Origin: Eukaryota sp. TZLM1-RC
Lineage: Eukaryota; Protista; Metamonada: BaSk clade
Direction of reading: 5' to 3'
Assembly (NCBI GenBank): GCA_040285825.1
Contig: JAUPSS010000004.1
Location: 4,679,784 to 4,743,783 of the forward strand
DNA: 64,000 nt
The position numbers and the translations under genes were made by a program. This document shows positions 35,807-47,218 of this stretch, piece after piece; position 1 is the first letter of the stretch; the number at the start of each line of letters is the position of its first letter. The notes below the pieces were generated by a model. That model saw only the letters and a program-made list of their open reading frames with translations. It ran no database searches and was not told the DNA's origin.

Positions 35807-36453
35807 TGGTGAAGTTGTATGATATTATTTACTGATGTTTTAGCTCAAAATTGACTTAAACAATTCAATTTTGTAGTAATCCATAACAATGCAATATCTG
35901 GCACAATTAATACGTTAATCAATGTTGGACATTAACGCCGTTAATGTCTGTTTTCATGATATTTACTGCATAGAAAAAGGTTCTCACTAAGTTGTTTAAA
36001 AGACTGTTCCAGTGTCAGTGTCTGACAACAAAAATGTGAAATAGATGGTGGTTGAACAAATAATTTATCGCTGACACACTTTGTCTTTTTACATTACAGG
36101 AAGATAAAAATGGTAAGACTTACATTAGTTTTTTTGTCATTTTCTGTAGAAATTCAATATCTTTCAGGTTTTTCAAACATTATCTTTCAATTTTGTAATT
36201 TTGTTGTAATTTTTCGTCAATAGAAAATGAATAACGGTACCGAGAGTTGTGGTAACACAAATATTCCTTATTGAGAAGGCAAAAATTTCTCTATTTGTAG
36301 ATAGTGTCTGTACAGACGGCACAAAGAGGCATCACTACAACATGGGCCTGATTGAGAAAAATTGATGATTAAATTGTTGGCTGTTTAAGATTAATTTTAT
36401 TGGATCTGATTCATTTTCCGTTTTCTACACATTCAAACTCTTCTCTGTTAACC

Positions 36454-38100
36454 ATGTCTGTCTCTATCTTTGGACAACGTACTTCTGGCACCGAACTTCG
36501 CAACCAAAATGGTACTGTCTTGCTTTCTGCTCTCATTTAAGTCACTGCCGCTTTAGCGATCGCAAACATAGTTCGTACATCTCTAGGTCCCTCTGGGCTT
36601 GACAAAATGATCGTCGATAACGTCGGTGATGTTGTAATCAGCAATGATGGAGCAACCATTCTTAAACAGATCGAGGTCGAACATCCAGCAGCAAAGATTC
36701 TTGTCGAACTCAGCGATATGCAAGATAAAGAAGTGGGTGATGGTACAACCTCTGTCGTCATTCTCGCCTCTGAACTTCTCAAGCGTGCTAACCAGATGAT
36801 CTCCCAAAAGATCCATCCCACTTCCATCATGGCCGGTTACCGATCTGCCTGCCGTCGAGCAGTCCAGTACTGTACCAAAAACGTAGCAGTTGCTGTCACT
36901 GAGAATGACACTGGTATTCTCCAAAACATTGTCAAAACCACTCTTTCTTCTAAAATTGCTGGAGGATCCATTGAGCTGTTCCAGAAGATTCTTGTCAACG
37001 GCATCCTCTCAGTCAAAACCTCCAACGAACGCGGAGACCCAAGGTATCCCGTCAAGGCCATCAACATCCTCAAAGCACATGGTAAATCCATGGCCGACTC
37101 TGAACTCATCCCCGGTATTGCTCTTAATTGTGTACGCGCCACTGACGCAATGCCACGTGTCATTGAAGACGTCAAGATTGCATGCCTTGATTTCTCCCTC
37201 CAACGAATCCGTCTCAAAATGGGAGTTCAAGTCTTAATTGATGATCCCTCTAAACTGGAAGCAGTAAGGGAACGCGAAATTACAATTGTTAAGGAACGTA
37301 TCGAAAAGGTATTAAATGCTGGGGCAAATGTCGTGCTCTGTACTGGAGGTATAGACGACACTTCCATGAAATACTTTGTTGAAAAGAAAGCAATGGCGGT
37401 TAGAAGGGTAACCAAGGAAGACCTTCGTCGTATTGCCAAGGCCACTGGAGCAACATATGTTTCTAATATGGCTGATATGGAAGGGGAAGAAGTCTTTGAG
37501 TCAAGTTATTTGGGCGTGGCCAAACGTATCGAACAAGTCCGTATTGCTGATGATGAATGTATCGTTATTAGTGAACCTGTCAACAGTTCCGCTTGTTCGA
37601 TTGTTCTTCGTGGACCTAATGAACAGATGCTTGATGAAGTTGAACGCTCTGTTCATGATGCTCTTTGTGCTCTCCGACGTACTTTGGAATCCAAGAAGGT
37701 CGTCCCTGGTGGAGGTTGTGTAGAAGCTGCCCTTTCCTTGCACTTGGAAGAGATTGCTCATGAAATGAGTTCAAGGGAGCAAGTAGCTGTGATGGAATTT
37801 GCCGAGGCTTTACTGACCATTCCAAAGCAACTTGCTTTAAATTCAGCTTTGGATACCATTGAGTTGATCGCAAAGTTGAAGGCAGCTCATAACTTGGCTC
37901 AAACTGATGAATCTAAGAGCGATTATCAGTTTTATGGTTTAGATCTGAGAAATGGTAACCTTCGCAATAATTTGGAAGCTGGTGTATTGGAACCTGCTTT
38001 GGTTAAGCTTAAAGCACTCCAATTTGCAACCGAAGCTTGTATTTCTATATTAAGGATTGATGATATGATCAAATTGCAAAATGTTGAACAAGAACAGTAG
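36454..38100 (+). CDS. TCP1: T-complex protein 1 subunit alpha (CCT1), 30-nt intron at 36512-36541
   Basis: MSVSIFGQRTSG..R.QNV|TAA.AIANIV..SLGP.GLDKM, NDGATILK, EVGDGTTSVV, VVPGGG, RIDD.IKL. Confidence 0.97.
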
Positions 38101-38254
38101 ATGATTTGTTTTAATAAAAATATGGTGATTTTTGTGTTTTGTTATTATAGAAAAACAGCAAAATTTTTATTGAAATTCAGTGACATTCCAATAAACAATT
38201 AAGTCATTCTAAACTTAGAAAAAATACATTAATTTATATTAAATACTTTACATT

Positions 38255-39673
38255 TTACTCATCTGCTACTTTCTTTTCTTCCTCCAACGTTGGCTCAACT
38301 TGTTCTTGTGCCATTGCTAAAAGTTCCTGAGAAAGGCTCACTACTTTGAAATAAGATTTTGGAATATCAGAAACAAAAGAATTAATTGCAGAACTAATTC
38401 CGTATCCGCAATAAAAATTAACAAAATATTTGTCTTGCATTACAGAAAAAGCCCCTGGAAATGAAAAACTTCTGGCAAAAACTGTATTTCCTTCCCGTTG
38501 ATAACGCCATTCACCTGAAAGAGAACGGAAACAAGGAAGTGGTTTCCCAGTTGAAAACCCTAATCTATCAATCAATCCGTCTTCCATCACTTTCCTTTCA
38601 TTCTGAACCGCTTCTGCAATCAAATCACGTTCTGCTTCATCACCACTTTCCGCTTCCTCTTCTTCCTGCTCTTCCTTTTCTTCTTCTTTAACTCTACCAT
38701 TCGGCAAAAGTTTAGGCAAACGATGGCAAAATTCACCCTTTTTTGCATCCACTCCCTTGAATTCTTCATTTTCTTCTTCTTCCCCCAAATTCCAGACATC
38801 AAGCCGTACCTCTTCTTCATCCTCCTCTACCTCTGCTTCTTCATCAACTGCACCATGGAACATGGACTGTGGGCATAGAGCAGTGGAGTGAGAGATGATT
38901 GCAATTAAGGAACGCAGATGGGATAGCGATGCATAACAGATTGAGGGGTAAGATTTTGCAAAGTTAATTAAATCAATTGGTTTAAATTGAGGTAACTGCT
39001 GCCAATTTTGATTTATATAAACATAATAAATGAACTTATTGACACCTTCGCCAAAGGGTTCGGCATTGCTAAATGAAGAAGGAATAGTAACTGGCAAAGG
39101 GTGTGGAGGGAGAGCTTCGTCTCTATCTTCATTTTCTGCTTCTTCATCACTTTGCTCCTCTTCATCTTGGTTGAGGGAGTCAAGGAGATCTTGGGAAGGT
39201 ATTGCTTCAGCAATGTAGATTGAGTTGGTAGGAGTCAGAAGTTTTCCAAAGAAACGTAAAGACTCAAAGTTACCAGTGTTATTCTTGTTCAAGATAGTGA
39301 GGATGGAAGAAACAAAAAAGGTTTCAGCGGGTGGGAGGCCAACACCAAAAGAACGAAGAAGAGATTGTTCTACAGAGACGTCAGAGATGGGGGAAACATC
39401 CTCCTCGGGTTCATCAGCGTCGGATTGGGGTTGATCTTCATCATCTGAGGCGTTTTCATTTTCAGAGTCTTTTTGAGAAATAAGCGGTGTCTTTGACTTG
39501 TAAAGACTTTTCAGATGAGATATTTGATTTTGTAATGATTCAGAAAGTGGTAAGGGTTCATGGGATGGTACAGTGAGATCTAATGGTTCATCTATACTGT
39601 TGATTGTGCCAAGAGGATCTGTTGGTCTACACTCCAGAAGTGGTGTAAGGACCTTGATGAGTTGTGTATGCAT
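38255..39673 (-). CDS. RSPH4A: Radial spoke head protein RSPH4/6-like (start uncertain)
   Basis: GVGL...E, LRFFGKLL....YIAE, E..GEGVNKF.YYV, W..LP, LR.LIA.ISHST.LCP, RS..FPGA, NFY.GYG. Confidence 0.8.
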   Translation of the reverse strand: MHTQLIKVLTPLLECRPTDPLGTINSIDEPLDLTVPSHEPLPLSESLQNQISHLKSLYKSKTPLISQKDSENENASDDEDQPQSDADEPEEDVSPISDVSVEQSLLRSFGVGLPPAETFFVSSILTILNKNNTGNFESLRFFGKLLTPTNSIYIAEAIPSQDLLDSLNQDEEEQSDEEAENEDRDEALPPHPLPVTIPSSFSNAEPFGEGVNKFIYYVYINQNWQQLPQFKPIDLINFAKSYPSICYASLSHLRSLIAIISHSTALCPQSMFHGAVDEEAEVEEDEEEVRLDVWNLGEEEENEEFKGVDAKKGEFCHRLPKLLPNGRVKEEEKEEQEEEEAESGDEAERDLIAEAVQNERKVMEDGLIDRLGFSTGKPLPCFRSLSGEWRYQREGNTVFARSFSFPGAFSVMQDKYFVNFYCGYGISSAINSFVSDIPKSYFKVVSLSQELLAMAQEQVEPTLEEEKKVADE

Positions 39674-40972
39674 CTTGGATTGAAACAAATTCCATTATTA
39701 AAATTCTCAATGTTATTGTTTTCATTTGAAATGCATCCGAGAAACTAATAAAAAATTTTTGAAGACAAATGCTTTGACAACAAATGGTCCAAGGCTTTGT
39801 CAGCTTTAAGTCCCGGAGTTAAAGCACCCAACAATGAAAATACAATAGATAAACTAAAAATACTTCATCCTTATGAAGACCCTAGAATGGATCAAAATTT
39901 TTACGGCACATACTTGGAAAATAATCCATTGATGCCATCAGAAGTTTTTTCGGTTATCAAAAAGAGACCACGTGGTAAGTCTGCCGGACTTTCTGGTATT
40001 ACTATTGATCATGTAAAAGCCGCGATTATTTCTTCAGAAGATTGCCTTGGTTTATTGACCAAATTTTTCAACCAAATATTTTCTGGTCAACTCAAATACC
40101 CAGAAGAATTAAGAAGTTCTCGTTTGACTGCACTTGTCAAAAATTCAAAAATGGATGTTCGTCCTATTGCAGTCTCTGAGAGCTTACACAATATTTTTTC
40201 TGCGTGTTGCTTAAGCAGGTTCAATGAAAAAGCTAAAAAGATTTTATTACCCTTTCAATATGGTATAAATACTACAGATGGAGTCTCTTCAGCGATTTTT
40301 GCTACTGATGTTTTATTTCGCAAAAATGAATCCAATGTTTGTATGTCATTGGATTTTAGTAAGGCTTTCAATTCACTAAGTCGTCGCAGTATCCATGGTG
40401 CTCTATTGCAATATATGCCGGAATTAATACCGTATTTTCAATCAACATATTGCACATATTCTAATTTACATTTTGGTAACAACATTTTGAGTTCATCAAG
40501 TGGCGTAAAGCAAGGAGATCCGTTAGGACCTCTTTTGTTTTGTTTGGCCATTCATCCTATTTTACTGCAAATTCAAGAGATGTTTCCTTCACTAAAAATG
40601 ATTGCATATATGGATGATGTTGTGCATATTGGTGATTTAAATATTGTGAAACAAGCAACTGTATGTTTTAAAGAACTATTTAACAAAATTGGCCTCCCAC
40701 TTAATTTACTGAAATGTGTTCTATTTTCGAATTCTCCGGTTTCTACAATAGTTGATGGTTTTGAAATTTCAAGCCAAATTATACTCAATTAATGCTATGC
40801 GTCATTTGGGTTCGTTTTATGAAATAATGATGCAATTACCAAAGAATTGTTTGAAAATTTGAACTCAATTCCTGATAAAATTGACTGAATGATGACTTTA
40901 GATTTACAGAAACATATCAAATTTACCATTATAAGACTGTGTTTTAGTTTCAATTTCAATCATATATTTCGA

Positions 40973-42906
40973 CGAGAGAATCTCTAGGAGCATTTGTTCC
41001 TAGGGGTTGCGTGGGTGTAGATGATTTTATAACAGATGCTTGTGTAGGAGTTGCTTCACAAGAAGCTCTCCTAGATGCCAGAGGCCCTACAGAAGGTGTA
41101 CTAAATAGGTTCATATTCCTCTCTTCTGAAGGCAATGTTTCGCCCAACTTTATGATAAATCTTGTCTTAAGAGGTTCCTCCTGCACAGGTACAGTCTGGG
41201 CTGGTGGCCTTAAATCCACCCAATCTGGTGCATCTCTAGATCCTCTAGGGACCCCTACTAGTTTATGATCGTATGGAAGGCAACTGCTCTTTATTAAGAC
41301 ATTCTCAAAAACGTTTTGGTCGGGCCAGCTATCAACCCATGCCTTAAGTTTTGCCATCCATGCATCAGGGTATACTAGTTTTAACTTGTTGGGGCCAACA
41401 CGTTGCTCTTTCAATTCAATTACCCTTGTGCCTATTTCTCTAATATAGGACTCCTTGGTATGAAATTGAAGGGTGTCACCTCGAGATTCATCGAATCTGC
41501 CCCCAAGCATAATAAAAATGTCCGCAATGGAATCTTTTGGGTGTACATTCTCCACTAGGAAATGCCTTACGACACCTCTAAGGTTTCTACCTTGTTGATC
41601 ATGAGGGTACATCTTAGCTATCCAAAATACTCTGTCGTAAGCTTCTTGATTTCCACTGAAATATATTTTGTGATCATCAATTGTATCCCTATGCCATTTG
41701 GCAGGCCTGGGAGTAGCAGCTTGATACTTTGAACGAAGTGCGCTAAAATAGCAATCCTCGACTGCACTCATTCCACACGAGACTGCCGAATCGGTAAGAT
41801 CATCCAATCTCTTCAAAAGATTTGGACTCTGATCATAACTCTCGTAGACGACGTCGTCAAGTGTTTTGCCGTGGGCTTCCCCAAAGAGGAAGGGCCAACG
41901 TTTCGCTAAATAGTCACGTCAGACCTTCTCACATTCGGCTTGGTCTACGTCTCCCGCAAGACGCTCTGACTCATTCTCAGCCATTTTTAATAATTCGTCA
42001 TCACTCCAATCCATTACATCTTCGGGAGGATTGGCGATGAGGTCCAATAAGAAATCTCTAGTTACAGCCTCAACTGCCTTTGCTAATTTCCTTCGGTAAA
42101 GACTTTGAGAAGTCCTTTCCGTAGATGGAAAACTAGGAGTTGGATTAGGAGGATTGGGTGTATGAGGTGGTTCATCATCGCTCTCATCCCCTCTCCTGCT
42201 GTAGTTCTGATTAAGAGATCCCCTGGAATCACTTTGAGGTTCCTCACTTGAGCTGATGTCAAAAGTAGGTGAGGAGGGAGTTTTACGTGAGGAGCTAGTC
42301 GTAGACTGTTGCTCGCCTTCGCCTCCTTCACCTTCTGTACAAGCGTCAGATTTGTTACTTACAACAAACGCTTTGAATCTCCGTTGCTCGCCCGGAGTGA
42401 GAAAACTCTTCCTACAAGGAAGGAGCTCCGAGGAGTTATTGGGATATGTGTACAGTTCTGTCACATCCACATCGTGGTTACCGCTCTCCTTATTAGGGAG
42501 GTGACTTCCTTTCTGGGAGGAAAGGCTCTCCTCAGTGTGAAGTTTACTCTCCTTATTGGGGAGGAGGCTTTTTTTCTGAGAGGCAAGGCTCTTCTCAGCG
42601 GAAAGCTCACTCTCCTTAGGAGGATTACTCTTCCCGAAGGAAGGATTACTCTCCGTAGGTGGAGGATTACTCACCGTGGGTGGTGGATTGTTCTCCTTCA
42701 AAGAAGGGACATTACTCTTCCTCAGAGAGGAAGGAGGGTTATCATTGTGGCTTTTCAGGCCATTAATTAATGATGCTTTATCCATATATGATAACAAAGA
42801 TTAAGGAATAATTTATTAGAATTTCACCGGCCCTTATGAAGGCCATCACTAGTGAACTATACTATATAAATACAAATGTACTAGACTAATTGTCCACAGT
42901 ACAACA
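40973..42906 (-). mobile_element. Truncated LTR-like element with two orphan ORFs (41919-42797, 40956-41816)
   Basis: Interrupts family B, with ~58 bp of B lost. The right end reads TGTTG on the minus strand. It shares CCATCACTAGTGA with the LTR at 59936-60125. Confidence 0.6.
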
Positions 42907-43204
42907 TCTGTCACAATTGCTGGGATGTAAAATGTTCCAAATTCCAGACCATGCTTAACTCAGTCCACATTATGGCGGTTTAGGGTTGACGAAGACTTCT
43001 ATACTTACCTCGTGTGCTTTTGTTGGTGGATGCAGAAATGCAATCTTTGAGTTTTCCGAAGGATTTGCAGATTGGGAAGATTTATTGATGACAACGCAAA
43101 GTTCCACTGTTTTTGCATTAAATGAAGAAATTTCAAAAATTGATGCAGAAAAATGGGGTTGATGCTTTCCCCAATCATTCAATGGCAATATTCCAGAAAA
43201 GAAT

Positions 43205-43285
43205 TGTTGGCAACAAACTAATGTTGCCGTGATACATCACGTCATACTTTCCGGAATCGGCAAGAGGAGTTTAGCCTGGCTAACA
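43205..43285 (-). repeat. 3' LTR (72 bp identical to 50367-50438, plus 9 extra bp)
   Basis: 43214-43285 is identical to 50367-50438; TG...CA ends. Confidence 0.9.
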
Positions 43286-43439
43286 CTGCCTCTTCTTCCT
43301 TCTTTTTCGTTGTTTCTTGGCCGGAGGATCGAAAAGTTTCACATAACGGAAATAGGCGGAAGTATTCTTAATGGATGAGACAGGTTGTTTGGTGGTAGTC
43401 CCATCAGACCACAAAACAGTAGCTAGATCACTTGAAATG

Positions 43440-46346
43440 TCAAGAATAGCGTCCAGAAAGGCCTCTCCAGAATCTGCAGCGGCATAGGCATCTAGAGTAA
43501 CAAGGCTTAATGAGATGTACTGAAGTTTTCAAGGAAGAGCGGGTAACCGGATTCAGAACAAGAAGGGAACTAGGGGATAAGATCCTCTGTACGGTATAGG
43601 GACCGACATAATGACCATGAAGTTTGTCTGGCTTCTCGCGCAGAACAAAGACACGGTCGTCTACTTGAGGACGATAAGAGGGCTCAGGCATATCGACAGT
43701 AGATTGATCAAGGGATTGGCCTACAGCTTCCCAGGAAGAAACGAGCTTCTCTGTCAACTTGTGCAGATGTTCGATGAATTCTGGCTTGTCAGCAGGCAAG
43801 GAGTGGGAGGCAAAGGAAGTCAATAGCTGGTTGGGTAAGAGGCGAGGAGAGGTGTCGGATCCGAAAATTAGACTATATGGAGAGGCGTTCAGAGCTTTCC
43901 TTTCTTGTGAGTTTAATACCATCTGGCAGAGGGGAACGTAATCAGACCAGTTATGGTAATCGGAGAAGTCGAGCAGCATACGTCGAATGACTTGAAGAAA
44001 GCTTCGGTGTTGGCGTTCTACTAATCCATTGGATTGATGGTAGTGGGGCAAGGACTGGGTATGTTCAACGTTCAGGAATTGACATAGCAGACCGAATATC
44101 TTGTTGGCGAATTCGGGACCGTTGTCAGTGTGTATACAACGTGGGGCACCGAAAACGGAGTAAACAGAGGAGATTAAGGAGTTGGCTACGGTTAAAGCTT
44201 TAAGGTCTTTCGTAGGGACTAGGATACTGAACTTGGAGAATGCATCAACAAAATGAACAATATATCGGTAACCATAGGAGTCAACGGGCAGGGGGCCAAT
44301 GGAATCGCAGTGGATGCTTTCAAATGGGCGGCGAACGGAATTCAAAGATCCAGTGGAGGAAATCAATGTCTTAGGAACGGGGGCAGTCTTTTGGCAAGGG
44401 ATACAAGTATTAATGTGGGTTTGGTGGTCGCTTCGCATGTTGGGCCAGTGGAAGTCAGACTGTTGGAGGGACTTCCAACATTGAGCGAAAGGAAGATGTC
44501 CGGCTTCGGTGGATCCGTGAACCAGAAGGAGGATCTCGGATCGAAGAGAAGGCGGAACCAAGATCTTATTGGATCGGGTTAGTTTTAAACCCAGTTGAGG
44601 TTCAATCCTACAATCATCAAACAGGGGGTCACTATCGGGGATCTTTTGTTGTTCCTTGAATAGCTTGTCAAGGAATGAACGGGCGGGTGAGTTTCGGACA
44701 AGGGGATTGTTGATCAAATCGGAACTGGCAGGAGATTCAGATAGGGAATGAACCAAGGCAGTAACATAGTGGGAATCGGAATCAGAGGAAATCTCAATCA
44801 TAGCGGAATCGGAACTGAATCTACGATCACGTTCATCATCTTCGGACATGAACTGGGAACGGAGGAAACGGAGGAACGGAGGAGGATGATCGAACACTTC
44901 CGGGTGAAGTTCAATTATCTCTCTGCGGGTAGGCAAGTGGAACTGGGAACTAGGAAGGTAGTAAGTGGGGAGATCGTCTGAAGAGCGGTTGATGTCTATG
45001 AAGGCCTGACGACCATCTCTATAACTAATGATTTCGAGAACTTTATCTCGAATAATGAAGTCGAGACGGGAGCGGTATTGAGTAGGGCTATCAAGCAGCA
45101 GGGAGCGGATGTCCTCGAAGTGAGAGCAGACCTGAGAAGTTTCTAGCATGAATCGGGGTTCATCTTCGGTTCCAAGGACTGAGTGATAGTCCAGCGGCAA
45201 ATAGTGGTAGTGAATTCCTCTATCACGAGGGTCTATTCGATGACTATAAACCATCTCCAGGCAAGGAATGGCTATGGGACAGGGAGTGACCTCGTCATCG
45301 TCGTAATGGTAGACGGAATGGATCTCAGGCTTGATTAGGCAAAGGGGAATGAAGGAAGTGATATCTCGAGATGAGGGTAAGGTGTAGTCGACGTAAAAAG
45401 GGTCAGGGAGAGGTTGGTGATCGGTTAAAGCGGGGCGTCTAGGGGTAGGTCTCAGGTCAGAGTATGTCAGAGCGGTAGGGAGTAAGCAAAAATCATATAG
45501 TTGTTCACCAAAGGGGGTACCGGTATGTGTATCAGGGATCCAAGGGAAATGATCACATTTTGGGGAGTTGGGACATTCTCTGGGGTTGCAAGGAGGGGGG
45601 GTTGAATCATGAAAGCAGCGGCTACTTTGGTTAGCACGTTTCCACAGGTTGGGGAAATATAACGGCGGTGGATCCTTATTCAGATGCGATTGATTGATTA
45701 GAAGGTGGTATCGGTGGGTGAGGTGGCGGTTTCTTTCCCAGCTAAAAGGGGCCATGTGAGTAGGGAGAGGAATCAAGTGGAAGATATGCGCGTGGTCAAT
45801 CAGAGAACCTAGGGTTACATTGGGATGAATATAGTTGAGGACAATAAGGTGAGCGTTCAGGGGCATAACCTTGGGAAGATAGTCTAACTGGGGCATCTTG
45901 GGATGCTGGAAGTATATGCGAGAGTTCCAGTTGGCCTGTTGAATCAAATCGTTAACCTTGAAGTTTCTAGCATAAAGACAAAGAGGCTCAGCATCGGGAT
46001 CAATAGGAGCGGACACAGGCCGAGGATCAAAAGCAGCTTTGCCAAAGTCTTTTGGAGCGAATGTGTTGTTAAATAGGAGTGGTAAATCGGTTGAGAAGAC
46101 GAAGAAGCGGGCGGAAGAGGGAGAGAGTAGCTCATTAGGTTCAGGATTCAAATTGTATTGGATAAAGTGTTTGCCGGAGTTGAGGTAAGCAGTAACAGAA
46201 TGCTCAGGCCGGAGAGCAGAGGGGTGGTGGGTTCTACGGGCGGTATCAAAGTCAATGTCATACCAATGAGGGGAGGAGTGTGTCAGACCGTCGAGGTTCA
46301 GGTAATTCCATAATGGAGATCTAGCCGATCCTCGATGAGTCATCAT
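43440..46346 (-). CDS. Gypsy integrase with ~530-aa N-terminal extra region
   Basis: IN core starts only around residue 560 (H....GH..WP.M..C..CQK). The upstream region is Pro/His-rich and unrecognised. Confidence 0.85.
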   Translation of the reverse strand: MMTHRGSARSPLWNYLNLDGLTHSSPHWYDIDFDTARRTHHPSALRPEHSVTAYLNSGKHFIQYNLNPEPNELLSPSSARFFVFSTDLPLLFNNTFAPKDFGKAAFDPRPVSAPIDPDAEPLCLYARNFKVNDLIQQANWNSRIYFQHPKMPQLDYLPKVMPLNAHLIVLNYIHPNVTLGSLIDHAHIFHLIPLPTHMAPFSWERNRHLTHRYHLLINQSHLNKDPPPLYFPNLWKRANQSSRCFHDSTPPPCNPRECPNSPKCDHFPWIPDTHTGTPFGEQLYDFCLLPTALTYSDLRPTPRRPALTDHQPLPDPFYVDYTLPSSRDITSFIPLCLIKPEIHSVYHYDDDEVTPCPIAIPCLEMVYSHRIDPRDRGIHYHYLPLDYHSVLGTEDEPRFMLETSQVCSHFEDIRSLLLDSPTQYRSRLDFIIRDKVLEIISYRDGRQAFIDINRSSDDLPTYYLPSSQFHLPTRREIIELHPEVFDHPPPFLRFLRSQFMSEDDERDRRFSSDSAMIEISSDSDSHYVTALVHSLSESPASSDLINNPLVRNSPARSFLDKLFKEQQKIPDSDPLFDDCRIEPQLGLKLTRSNKILVPPSLRSEILLLVHGSTEAGHLPFAQCWKSLQQSDFHWPNMRSDHQTHINTCIPCQKTAPVPKTLISSTGSLNSVRRPFESIHCDSIGPLPVDSYGYRYIVHFVDAFSKFSILVPTKDLKALTVANSLISSVYSVFGAPRCIHTDNGPEFANKIFGLLCQFLNVEHTQSLPHYHQSNGLVERQHRSFLQVIRRMLLDFSDYHNWSDYVPLCQMVLNSQERKALNASPYSLIFGSDTSPRLLPNQLLTSFASHSLPADKPEFIEHLHKLTEKLVSSWEAVGQSLDQSTVDMPEPSYRPQVDDRVFVLREKPDKLHGHYVGPYTVQRILSPSSLLVLNPVTRSSLKTSVHLIKPCYSRCLCRCRFWRGLSGRYS

Positions 46347-47218
46347 GCAGCACAGGGCGGGCGCAGGGTTGTCAAAGGCACTTCTGGTCTTCTTCTCTTT
46401 TTTTTCTTCTTCTTTGAGGCTGTTTCGACATAGTTAGCCCTAGATAAGTAGTCGGCCCAATAGTTCTTAGTTCCTTCAATGTGAACGCAGTCGAAGGAGA
46501 AGGACTGAAGGACGGGGATCCATCGGAGAACAACTCGATTGTTGTCGGGGCAAGAGAACAAGTAGGCAAGGTTCTTGTGATCGCAGAAAATTTTTAGGTG
46601 CTTAGTCAGAAGATATGACGAGAGATTGGGTTGGTTCAACGTCATAACTATAGCGAAAAGCTCTTTCTGAAGGGTGGACCATCGCTGTTGTGAAGGAGTC
46701 AGAATACGTGAGTAGAAAGACACGGGCATTACCTTGCGTTTCGAAAGGCAGGTTCCTGGGGGGCAAGGTTCTAACTCTTTCCAGACAATACCAGCGATAG
46801 CTTTGTCAGATGCGTCGGTGGACACAAGAATTGTGTCATCTGGGTCAGGTAAGGCGAGAGGAAGGCTATTAATCACCATTTCCTTGATATTGTTGAAGCA
46901 TTGGAGTTCTTGAGGTCCTAACTTGATGCGCTTAGGTTTGTTCTTCAATAGCGCAGTTAAGGGGGCAAGTTCTTTGGATACAGAGGGGAGCCAGTCACGG
47001 AGAAAATTGATCGAGCCAGTGAAGGATCGGAGTTCGGGGACGGAAGTCGGAGGGGCTAGGTTACGTACGGTTTCAATCTTAGAGGGATCGATGCGGCGCT
47101 TTCCATCTTCAAAGATGGTTCCAAGTATCTTGATAGGATGTCGGTCGGTCTGGAAGGAACACTTGTGAAGACCGATTCTCACACGATAACGGCGAGCACG
47201 AGACAAGATGTAGTCTAT

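Noticed and set aside
46340-46410. Programmed -1 frameshift between RNase H and integrase in both gypsy elements
   Set aside because: Both shifts are -1, but the first lies at an A8 homopolymer, the second has no slippery site, and the first element carries other lesions. Decay or sequencing error is simpler.
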